Origin: Macrostomum lignano
Taxonomy: Eukaryota
Direction of reading: 5' to 3'
DNA length: 55,034 nt
Assembly (NCBI GenBank): GCA_002269645.1
Contig: NIVC01000159.1
Coordinates: forward strand, 1 to 55,034
Part shown: positions 24,841 to 34,306 of the stretch, piece by piece
How positions within the stretch are numbered: the stretch's first letter is position 1
Layout: each line of letters opens with the position of its first letter
Notes under the pieces: model-generated
The model's input: only the letters and a program-made list of their open reading frames with translations
Told to the model about the DNA's origin: nothing
The model's database searches: none
Position numbers and translations under genes: made by a program

Positions 24841-25426
24841 TAATTTTGAGCATAGTTACTAAAACTCTCCATTTTTAAGAATTTAATTTGTTATTCGCTC
24901 CTTCGGATTACCCTAAGCCAGCTGGTAGAAGCTTAAAATCCAGTTGATTTAAAAAGGAATCATTCCATTTATCAAACAAGCAGCTTTCCCTGCAGCAAAA
25001 AAACTAACAAGTGAAGCACGAGCCAAGCCAAGAGTCTGCTGGTGCGGCACCGGCCCAGCCAAAAGGCATGCAGAATGAGGCCTCATCAATGATGCTCAAA
25101 GGATGGAGGAGGCAGATAAGCCCACAGAATTTCTGGGGAGGTGGACTGGTAGCTTATCCCCACTGCCAGAGAAGTGGGATCATAAAACTGTTTTGGGGAT
25201 TTTTGCTCATCGGGACACCCTCCCCTCACAGCCGGACAACGGAAAGGCAGGAAATGATGAGGCAGCGGCACCTGTGAAATAGCAGGGCTTGAGCACGAGA
25301 ACGGGGCGCATTGGGAACAGCGGATGGAGAGTCCGGAAGCAACACAGGGAATTTTAATGACCAGCTGCCCGCCTCCGCCATCCATCGCTTCCCGGCTTCT
25401 CTGCCACTTTTTGTTGCTTGCCACTG

Positions 25427-26035
25427 AACTGTTGCCACAGCAGGCACCTGACCAATGTCTGCTAGAACTGTTGCCACAGCAGGCACCTGACCAATGTCTG
25501 CTAGAACTGTTGCCACAGCAGGCACCTGACCAATGTCCGCTAGAACTGTTGCCACAGCAGGCACCTGACCAATGTCTGCTAGAACTGTTGCCACAGCAGG
25601 CACCTGACCAATGTCTGCTAGAACTGTTGCCACAGCAGGTACCTGACCAATGTCTGCTAGAACTGTTGCCACAGCAGGCACCTGACCAATGTCTGCTAGA
25701 ACTGTTGCCACAGCAGGCACCTGACCAATGTCCGCTAGAACTGTTGCCACAGCAGGCACCTGACCAATGTCTGCTAGAACTGTTGCCACAGCAGGCACCT
25801 GACCAATGTCCGCTAGAACTGTTGCCACAGCAGGCACCTGACCAATGTCTGCTAGAACTGTTGCCACAGCAGGCACCTGACCAATGTCTGCTAGAACTGT
25901 TGCCACAGCAGGCACCTGACCAATGTCCGCTAGAACTGTTGCCACAGCAGGCACCTGACCAATGTCTGCTAGAACTGTTGCCACAGCAGGCACCTGACCA
26001 ATGTCTGCTAGAACTGTTGCCACAGCAGGCACCCG
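25427..26035. repeat. 39-bp minisatellite, ~15.5 copies (nAChR intron 3)
   Basis: GAACTGTTGCCACAGCAGGCACCTGACCAATGTC(T/C)GCTA; 13-aa periodic ORFs. Confidence 0.97.
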
Positions 26036-26438
26036 ACCTAGCGGTGTGTTGCATCTTGGTTTAACGGTATTTTCAAGCGGTCATTGCACCAGATACAGAG
26101 TTGATAAATAATAGTGCAGTAAATATTTGCATTCCATTTTGATTAGGCAAAATCCACGTCTAGATTTGGTGATGTTCGAGCGTGTGTATGATATATATAT
26201 GAAGATGAATTGTTCATTCTTAATAGTAATGACTGATTAGCTCTGCGCTTCTTCTATGCAAGATGGTCAAATATCGTCGGTAAATTCATTCTGCCGACTG
26301 GAATGCATGAAGTACACATGGAGATATACCTACTGGCTGAGCCAGGCTTGCAGTGTAGGGTTTGGGGCCCACTCTCTGGGAATTTGATGCAACACTGAGA
26401 GAATTTACCTTGATTGATTAGAACCTGCAACTAATCTC

Positions 26439-27385
26439 ACTGATAACCCTCACCCACCCACTGCCAGCCCTTACCCACACACTGCCAGCCCTCACCCACA
26501 CACTGCCAGCCCTCACCCACACACTGCCAGCCCTCACCCACACACTGCCAGCCCTCACCCACACACTGCCAGCCCTCACCCACACACTGCTAGCCCTCAC
26601 CCACACACTGCTAGCCCTCACCCACACACTGCATTGATAACCCTCACCCACACACTGATAACCCTCACCCACACACTGCCAGCCCTCACCCACACACTGC
26701 AAGCCCTCACCTACCCACTGCATTGATAACCCTCACCCACACACTGCCAGCCCTCACCCACACACTGCCAGCCCTCACCCACACACTGATAACCCTCACC
26801 CACACACTGCCAGCCCTCACCCACACACTGCAAGCCCTCACCTACCCACTGCATTGATAACCCTCACCCACACACTGATAACCCTCACCCACACACTGAT
26901 AACCCTCACCCACACACTGCCAGCCCTCACCCACACACTGCAAGCCCTCACCTACCCACTGCACTGATAACCCTCACCCACCCATTGCACTGATAACCCT
27001 CACCCACGCACTGATAACCCTCACCCACGCACTGATGACCCTCACCCACCCAAGGATAATCCTCACCCACCCAAGGATAACCCTCACCCACCCACAGCTA
27101 ACCCTCACCCATCCACTGATAACCTTCACCCACCCACTGATAACCCTCACCCACCCACGGATAACCCTCACCCACCCAAGGATAACCCTCACCCACCCAA
27201 GGATAACCCTCACCCACCCAAGGATAACCCTCACCCACCCACAGCTAACCCTCACCCACCCACTGATAACCTTCACCCACCCACTGATAACCCTCACCAA
27301 CCCACGCACTGATAACCCTCACCCACCCACTGATAACCCTCACTACCCACTGATAACCCTCACCCACCCACAGCTAACCCTCACT
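26439..27385. repeat. ~21-bp C-rich minisatellite with a polar change of monomer (nAChR intron 3)
   Basis: CCAGCCCTCACCCACACACTG grading into ATAACCCTCACCCACCCAAGG and ATAACCCTCACCCACCCACTG. Confidence 0.93.
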
Positions 27386-27669
27386 TTTAGCAGTCGATAA
27401 AAATTCAATAAATCACGTGCAGTCGGCATGCTGCGAAATCAAAAGTTTGAGAGCAAGGCGAAGAGCAATTAATAAAAGTTTCAGGTACTTGAGCACATTT
27501 TGTTTAAACAAAAGCTCTCACCTGATGGAATGAGAATGGCTGAAACAAGCATGGGGGCTCACGTATGTTTTGCGCTCACTTTACAAAATCAGATTTGACT
27601 CAAGCATCACACTGTCACGTCATGTCAACCCATGTCATTCAGGCAAAAAATCACCCAGCTGGGCAATAC

Positions 27670-27779
27670 CTGTTCGATATGACAATATCCGGTGTCCAAA
27701 TTGCGCTGGAGGGAATATGCAAATTCGTGGTGCCGTTGTAGTCGGCCGGGTCCCAGTTCAGGTACTCGTCAGTCCAGCG
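27670..27779 (-). CDS. nAChR-type subunit exon 3 (RWTDEYLNWDPADYNGTTNLHIPSSAIWTPDIVISNS)
   Basis: 110-bp exon, acceptor CCTCAG|CGC, donor AG|GTATTG. WxDxxLxWDPxxY and WTPDI motifs. Confidence 0.92.
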
Positions 27780-27904
27780 CTGAGGAAAGGGTTAAACCAG
27801 CTTGGAATATGTCTATGGCCAATGGGAATAGTTGCCTTCGACGGGGAGTTCCAATTTGTGAAAGCGGAACTCCGAAAATTATCCCTAATTTGCTAACAAT
27901 GGCG

Positions 27905-29185
27905 GCTCCTTCGGTGTGTTTTGGCCGCTGCTCCCTCGGGTCCTTCGGTGTATTTGGACCGCTGCTCCCTCGGGTCCTTCGGTGTGTTTGGGCCGCTGCT
28001 TCATCGGGTCCTTTGGTGTGTTTGGGCCGCTGCTCCCTCGGGTCCTTCGGTGTGTTTGGGCCGCTGCTCCCTCGGGTCCTTTGGTGTGTTTGGGCCGCTG
28101 CTTCCTCGGGTCCTTCGGTGTATTTGGGCCGCTGCTTCCTCGGGTTCTTCGGTGTGTTTGGACCGCTGCTTCCTCGGGTCCTTCGGTGTGTTTGGGCCGC
28201 TGCTCCCTCGGGTCCTTTGGTGTATTTGGACCGCTGCTCCCTCGGGTCCTTCGGTGTGTTTGGGCCGCTGCTCCGTCGGGTCCTTCGGTGTGTTTGGGCC
28301 GCTGCTCCGTCGGGTCCTTTGGTGCGTTTGGGCCGCTGCTCCGTCGGGTCCTTTTTGGTGTGTTTGGGCCGCTGCTCCCTCGGGTCCTTTGGTGTATTTG
28401 GACCGCTGCTCCCTCGGGTCCTTCGGTGTTTGGGCCGCTGCTTCCTCGGGTCCTTCGGTGTATTTGGGCCGCTGCTCCCTCGGGTTCTTCGGTGTGTTTG
28501 GACCGCTGCTTCCTCGGGTCCTTCGGTGTGTTTGGGCCGCTGCTCCCTCGGGTCCTTTGGTGTGTTTGGGCCGCTGCTCCCTCGGGTCCTTTGGTGTATT
28601 TGGACCGCTGTTCCCTCGGGTCCTTCGGTGTGTTTGGGCCGCTGCTCCCTCAGGTCCTTTGGTGTGTTTGGGCCGCTGCTCCGTCGGGTCCTTTTTGGTG
28701 TGTTTGGGCCGCTGCTCCCTCGGGTCCTTTGGTGTATTTGGACCGCTGCTCCCTTGGGTCCTTTGGTGTATTTGGACCGCTGCTCCCTCGGGTCCTTCGG
28801 TGTGTTTGGGCCGCTGCTCCCTCGGGTCCTTCGGTGTGTTTGGGCCGCTGCTCCCTCGGGTCCTTCGGTGTGTTTGGGCCGCTGCTTCCTCGGGTCCTTC
28901 GGTGTCTTTGGGCCGCTGCTCCCTCGGGTCCTTCGGTGTGTTTGGACCGCTGCTCCCTCGGGTCCTTCGGTGTGTTTGGGCCGCTGCTCCCTCGGGTCCT
29001 TCGGTGTGTTTGGGCCGCTGCTCCCTCGGGTCCTTCGGTGTTCAGGCCGCTGCTCCCTCGGGTCCTTCGGTGTTTGGGCCGCTGCTCCCTCGGGTCCTTC
29101 GGTGTGTTTGGGCCGCTGCTCCCTCGGGTCCTTCGGTGTGTTTGGGCCGCTGCTCCCTCGGGTTCTTCAGTGTGCTTGGGCCATG
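27905..29185. repeat. ~34-bp minisatellite, ~38 copies (nAChR intron 2)
   Basis: GGGCCGCTGCTCCCTCGGGTCCTTCGGTGTGTTT and variants. Confidence 0.96.
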
Positions 29186-29215
29186 TCCTTCAGTGGTCAT
29201 CGCGTGTCTTTTTTC

Positions 29216-29513
29216 TAATAATAATAATAATATTAGTAATAATAATTGATTAAAACAGCTTCAATTGGGCCAGATGTGCAACCGACAGCTCAGCCGCAGC
29301 TATTGCGCGGCGCGTCTGAAGGCTGCGTACGGCTGTTCAGTCCAAGGACTGGGGCACACCCTAAATTACCCCAGCTAATGCTGGCACCCATTTTACAGGT
29401 GAGTGAACTGAAGTAGAGTTGTGTCTTGTTCAAGGACAACTTGTTCCGATTGGGTCGAGAATCGAACCCCCGACCTTTCATTAGTGATTCCACCGCTCTA
29501 ATCACTAGGGGGC
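29216..29513 (-). mobile_element. tRNA-derived SINE with CORE(MIR)-like central domain and (ATT)n tail, inside nAChR intron 2
   Basis: Minus strand has A-box-like TAGTGATTAGAGCGG and B-box-like GGTTCGATTCT, then TTGTCCTTGAACAAGACAC...CTCACCTGTAAAATGGG, which resembles the MIR CORE (GTGACCTTGGGCAAG...CTCATCTGTAAAATGGG, recalled from memory). Simple-repeat tail at 29216-29249. No clean TSD. Confidence 0.75.
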
Positions 29514-29961
29514 TACAAGCCCTTTCTTTTTTGCCATTTCCAAACGTATTTTATATTGAAGAGCATTTTGAAAAGCGAAAACAGCCACAAGAGACCTGGC
29601 CCAAATTTTAAAGTCCTTTCGGAAGATGATAAACATTACAGAAGAAGGATAACTACTGGCTCTATCGTTTCTGTCTGAGATTTTTAGTCTGACTTTGATC
29701 TTCAGTGCTCCAGGCTGTTCTGCCCAGGAACACGTTTGAGTTTGAATAGCGAGTGACCGCCGAGGTAACTGAAATTTAATTGAAAACGAAAGCTGCACAG
29801 GCTAAGAAAGCATTTCTCTCAGCTCAGGTGTCTAATGTCCTGTCTATCCGATATTTTCACCTTTTTCTATACCCCATATGTAATCTTGCTCTCCAACCGA
29901 CTGTGTGCTCTTCCCAATGAGCACTGCTCGTCAGCACAACAAAGAGCGAAGCTGCACTCAC

Positions 29962-30006
29962 CAATCTGATTGACATCAGGGCCGAGAAAGTCTGATGTTT
30001 TTCATC
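29962..30006 (-). CDS. nAChR-type subunit exon 2 (DEKHQTFSALMSIRL)
   Basis: 45-bp phase-0 exon, acceptor TTGCAG|GAT, donor TTG|GTGAGT. Fills exactly the DEKNQ... segment missing between exons 1 and 3. Confidence 0.88.
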
Positions 30007-30119
30007 CTGCAACCAGTTCAGTGAGGCCGTGTGAAAATGTTTTGTCAGATCAAGGGCTTTGGTAAATTGGCTTGCTAGGATTGAGGATACCAGTGCCCAG
30101 TGTTACGCAATGCACTGAC

Positions 30120-30446
30120 CGTATCCAGGATGTGAAACAGCGCCACAGCGAGATGCACCCGGATTTGGGCGCTGTCGTCCTGCACAGGCCTGGATGTCCT
30201 GTCGTAGCCGCACAGCAGAGCCTCTTTGACTCGCTGCTCATTGGAACAGGTCCGCCGGAGGCAGTGGTCCAGGCACTGGTTGGCCAGGCGGTTGATGGTG
30301 TCCGAGCGGCCGCTGCCGCTGTAGCCGCTGTCCGAGCCCCGGCCTGAGGCGGCCGTGCCCAAGTTGTTCACCTTGGAGGCCCGGATACTTGCGGCAGTTA
30401 GCGCAGCCAGCAGTGCGCAGAGGACTGGCAGCTGCCGGGCTGACAT
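30120..30446 (-). CDS. nAChR-type subunit exon 1: signal peptide, N-terminal extension, YDRTSRPV
   Basis: Signal peptide MSARQLPVLCALLAALTAASIRA, then LLCGYDRTSRPVQDDSAQIRVHLAVALFHILDT. Donor ACG|GTCAGT. The five exons total 1674 nt (557 aa plus stop). Confidence 0.85.
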
Positions 30447-32309
30447 AGACTGGCTGAACTGCTGCCTACTGTAACGATTCCTGTACAGGCCTGGGAGAGA
30501 TCGATAGCCCAAAGCTGTATCGGCAGATTTTAAACCGTTTGGTAGTGAAATCGGCAATATGAGGAGAGTTGGCTGCCGTCAGCCAATCGCATTGAAGCTG
30601 CGCTACTGCATTTTGAGGCTCTCTACGATTGAACAGCGGACTGTCAGCCTGTGGGGAGGACTTTGCCCGGCTGAACTGAGTCCAGCTTGATGCGGTTGAT
30701 GCTTTTAGACTAAAGTTTCCCGCCAGTCAGTCAATCCAATTAGCGGTCAGACTGTTTCATAGCCTGCATGGCAGCGCTGGGGTGATTGTAATTTTTACAA
30801 GCTCCACTGCCCGGCGCACTATGCCTGCTGCAGTGCTGTTCCGGTGGCAAATTGCAATTAAAACAAAGCGCACACACGAAGGCCTGGTTCGTAATTGACT
30901 CGAGAAGGCTGCTTGCACCAGCGATTCATTTATCCCAGCTGATCGAGTGAGGTCCGGGTGAGTACACTGGCAAATAAATTTTCTTATCACTAGATAAAAG
31001 TTTCTGTGTCTACTGAAAGTAGCCACCTACATAGCTAAATTCCTATGATCAAATTTTAATTTTCAACTAGTTGGCAGTCAGGTTGGTCGAGCAGGACCAG
31101 CCCGGCCAGGTGAGCCTCCGGTAACGCCGCAGATCCGTGAAAACGTCCGAGACTAGACCATCGAGATAGGGGAGCTTCTGACATCGCCTGAACCGATGTA
31201 CGAGATACATGTCACGTGACTGACAGTCAATTTATCTGCCTGTCATGCATGTAAACTCCATAGATAGCTGCATTTTTGGCATTTCAAAGTTGAGAATCGA
31301 AGTACAAGAGCGAGGATTTTCGCATGTGAGGCTTTCTAGCAAGCTCTGCTCAGCTCACTTTGAGAAGTTTAGATGTACCTTTCCAAAACCCCTGAGCAGA
31401 GTTGCGATTCACAGCCATGAAGACCAAACCCCAAGGCACAGAGAGTGTTATTCATTCATTAAAAAGTCAGGGCACTGTACACCCGGTGTGAGCGTGTGTG
31501 CGAGTATCCGCACGCTTGTTCTGACCTTCACCTGTTACAAGTTGAACACTTAGCCCATACCGGCACCCCTCTGCAGCATAGCTTGTAGATAAATGGTAAT
31601 TTCGAGTTTACACTTTAAGATAATAAATGTACACAAAATCCGGAATAGTACCGGTAATATATATTTACTTTTAATTATATCGGTTAAAATTTGTGTCTAT
31701 ATACTCGCAGAATCAAAGCAGGGACAAAAAATAGGCGAGCAATCCATACAGGTAGATGGCGGGCTGGTGTTGGGGACTCAAATAGGACTATAATGAGATC
31801 AGTAAAGCAATGAGCGGAACAAAGCCGTGATTAACAATCAGTCACTCTGAATGCTGTAATCTTGCTCTACTGGAACAAGCTTTGCTGGGGTGCGGCTTTA
31901 AAAGGGCGAGTGCAGGTGAGGCAGCTGATAATTATAGTAGTGCAACAACTGGTAGAAACGCTTTCCATCGGATAGTGCTAGAATAGCGCAATGCACAACA
32001 GAAATGAAACGCAAGTGATTAAGGATGCTAAAGCAGATTGCTTTTCACTTCGTTCCGAATTCAGTATACTGTAGAATTTTTTCGCATATTGGGTATTATT
32101 GGATATTTTACAGGAAAGTATTCGCGCAGGTGCAATCGGTACACGTAAATATTCACCTTAGTGTGCGCCTACAGACGAAAGTGCGCAAACCGTGCCGCCA
32201 ACGCAGCAATACTCGTACAAGCAGGTGGTGCATGAACCGCAGTGAAGAGCCATTTCGACTATGCTTGCTGAAGACTTGAGTTAAAGCAATTTTAAGCCTT
32301 GCTGTCAAG

Positions 32310-34148
32310 CTACACCACAATGTAATTCGAATCGTAGGTGCCACGCGCCGGCTTCGGCGCCTTCACCGCCTGCAGCTCAAGCGACTCCGACGGCGGCGGC
32401 GAGACGGCCGGGGTAGCGGCAGCTGCAGCTGACTGGCCGGCCGGCTGGCTCCGGTTCGGTGGCGGCAGCACCAGCTGGGCGTAGACCAAGCTGCTGTCGG
32501 CCTTGGTAGCCGTTTTGCAGCCCATCAGCGCCTCGTCGTATGACGGAGGCCCCTGTTGTGGTGAAGGCTTGAGAAGCTCTTTGATTGTGTCCGGCGAAGG
32601 CTGGCTGAGCAGCCGTGTGTAGCTGTCGCGCTGTGGCGAATCAGTCGACTCGGCCTTGGTGTACTTGCCGCTGACGGTGCGACCAGCTTCCGAGGATGGA
32701 GGCAGGACGGGATGCTGCCGAAGGTATTCAACATTGACGAATTCCTCTTCCTCTTCGTCCTCGTCGCAGTTTGTCGACTTCCTGTTGGCGCCAGCACCTT
32801 CCTCTTCGTCGTCCTCCAGGGAGACCTCGGTGAGCCGGTGCAGCACTCGGTTGTTCGTATTCGCTGTGGACCCCTCCGGCTGCTGCTGATGTGACTGACG
32901 GTGTGACAGCCTCGGGGGTGGCGGAGGGGGCGATGACTCTTCGGGGTCGGCGCTCGACTCCTGCTCGTCAAATGTGGGCGCCTCGGAGGGCTTTTCTGTT
33001 GCAGGGGTGACCACAACGGCAGTTGGATAGGAGTAGTAAGTGGCGCCATTTCCATCCCCTTTGTCGCATTCCGGATCTCGAGCAGTTCGGTTGCTGGGCT
33101 CGCCGTCGCTTGAAGTGGAGGACTCTTCGTCTCCAATTTCATCTTCGTCCTCGTTGACTTCCTCATCGCCTTCTAGGCATCCGTGCACCGCATCGCCGTT
33201 TCGGTAGGCAGCGGTGTCAGGGTGATCGGAGCAGCTCAGCTTGTATTCATAGTCATCATCAATATCGAGGTCTCGCCTCTGCGAGCAGATCTTGGCTAAA
33301 GCTACGACTAGAACCAGCGGCACTGCGCCAAGAGCAAACCAGGGCAGGTTGCGCAGAATCCAACCCGTGGTGCGCAGTGAGCTGCCAGCAATAGTCAAGC
33401 TTCCATTGATCCACAGAAAGTCCGAACAACGGCTCGGCTCACTGAACAGATCGAAGCAGTCGTCCTGGAGCGAGCAACTGTTTGGCCCCATGCAGATGCT
33501 CGCGAGCGGTTTCGAGCACCAGGTGTTCCCGTAGCGATTGCACAAGTCCATTTGCATGGTATTGTTGACAGTATCATTGAACTTGGCGTACGTTGACACC
33601 GTGATGTTGACGTGGTTTTCCTGTCCGCTTACCCTCGCGTCCTCCCAATAGAAGACGACATAGCGGTACTTCATGTACAGGATCGCCGGGTAGGTGTGAG
33701 AGGTGTCTGACAAGTCGTACATCTGATCATTTTCGACTTCCTTTGGGATCTCGCTGGTTTCCGTGTTCACAATGTGAAGCTTCTGGCCTGACAAAAGCTG
33801 GGTGATCTTGAGTCGCAGGTACCAAAAGTTAATCCCGCGCCTGTCTTGCGTGAGCTTGCCAAACGGCACCAGCGGAGTCTTGCAGATTGTCCGCCTCTGA
33901 GCCGCTCCAGGCTCTGGGGCCGTGGTCACTTTGACGTTGCCCTCAATGGTGACCAAGTCCTGCAGGAAGTAGTGATGATCGCACTGATGATTCAGCCGGT
34001 TGCCCAGGTGAATCAGTGGCCTTTCCTCGGGTTCGGACTCGGAGCTGAAGAACTGGCAGTGGCTGGCTTTGATTAGAACAGAAACGATTGCCAAAGCTGT
34101 CCAGACAAAAACAACCTGACGATTGAATACGCCAGGCAGGGGTATCAT
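32310..34148 (-). CDS. 612-aa type-I membrane protein: signal peptide, CUB-like domain, degenerate LDLa module, TM helix, long acidic Tyr-motif tail
   Basis: Uninterrupted ORF with an in-frame stop upstream of the ATG. Six-Cys module CNRYGNTWCSKPLASICMGPNSCSLQDDCFDLFSEPSRC. TM WFALGAVPLVLVVALAKIC followed by SQRR. Four N-glycosylation sequons. Domain names are by-eye inference. Confidence 0.8.
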   Translation of the reverse strand: MIPLPGVFNRQVVFVWTALAIVSVLIKASHCQFFSSESEPEERPLIHLGNRLNHQCDHHYFLQDLVTIEGNVKVTTAPEPGAAQRRTICKTPLVPFGKLTQDRRGINFWYLRLKITQLLSGQKLHIVNTETSEIPKEVENDQMYDLSDTSHTYPAILYMKYRYVVFYWEDARVSGQENHVNITVSTYAKFNDTVNNTMQMDLCNRYGNTWCSKPLASICMGPNSCSLQDDCFDLFSEPSRCSDFLWINGSLTIAGSSLRTTGWILRNLPWFALGAVPLVLVVALAKICSQRRDLDIDDDYEYKLSCSDHPDTAAYRNGDAVHGCLEGDEEVNEDEDEIGDEESSTSSDGEPSNRTARDPECDKGDGNGATYYSYPTAVVVTPATEKPSEAPTFDEQESSADPEESSPPPPPPRLSHRQSHQQQPEGSTANTNNRVLHRLTEVSLEDDEEEGAGANRKSTNCDEDEEEEEFVNVEYLRQHPVLPPSSEAGRTVSGKYTKAESTDSPQRDSYTRLLSQPSPDTIKELLKPSPQQGPPSYDEALMGCKTATKADSSLVYAQLVLPPPNRSQPAGQSAAAAATPAVSPPPSESLELQAVKAPKPARGTYDSNYIVV

Positions 34149-34192
34149 GGTTCGTCCGTTTCTCAGTCAGAGGCAACAGTCGCGCCGTTCAT

Positions 34193-34306
34193 CTGCAGAT
34201 GTTGCGGTTTTGTTGATGCCAGCAAGCTAACTCGACTCGCTTTCTTAATTGGAACGGGTTCTAAGATCCCATGCAGCAAAAGTATTTAACTATAGCTCGG
34301 ACTTAC
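34193..34306 (-). other. Probable 114-bp 5'-UTR intron of the CUB/LDLa-like gene
   Basis: Minus strand GTAAGT...CATCTGCAG, 44 nt upstream of the start codon. Confidence 0.5.

Noticed and set aside
29440-29513. Stand-alone tRNA gene
   Set aside because: A and B boxes are present but I could not close an acceptor stem, there is no T-run terminator, and it continues into a CORE-like body and simple-repeat tail.
30447-30557. N-terminal extension of the nAChR ORF to 30557
   Set aside because: The Met at 30446 directly precedes a good signal peptide. The upstream in-frame stretch has no such features and contains acceptor-like AGs.
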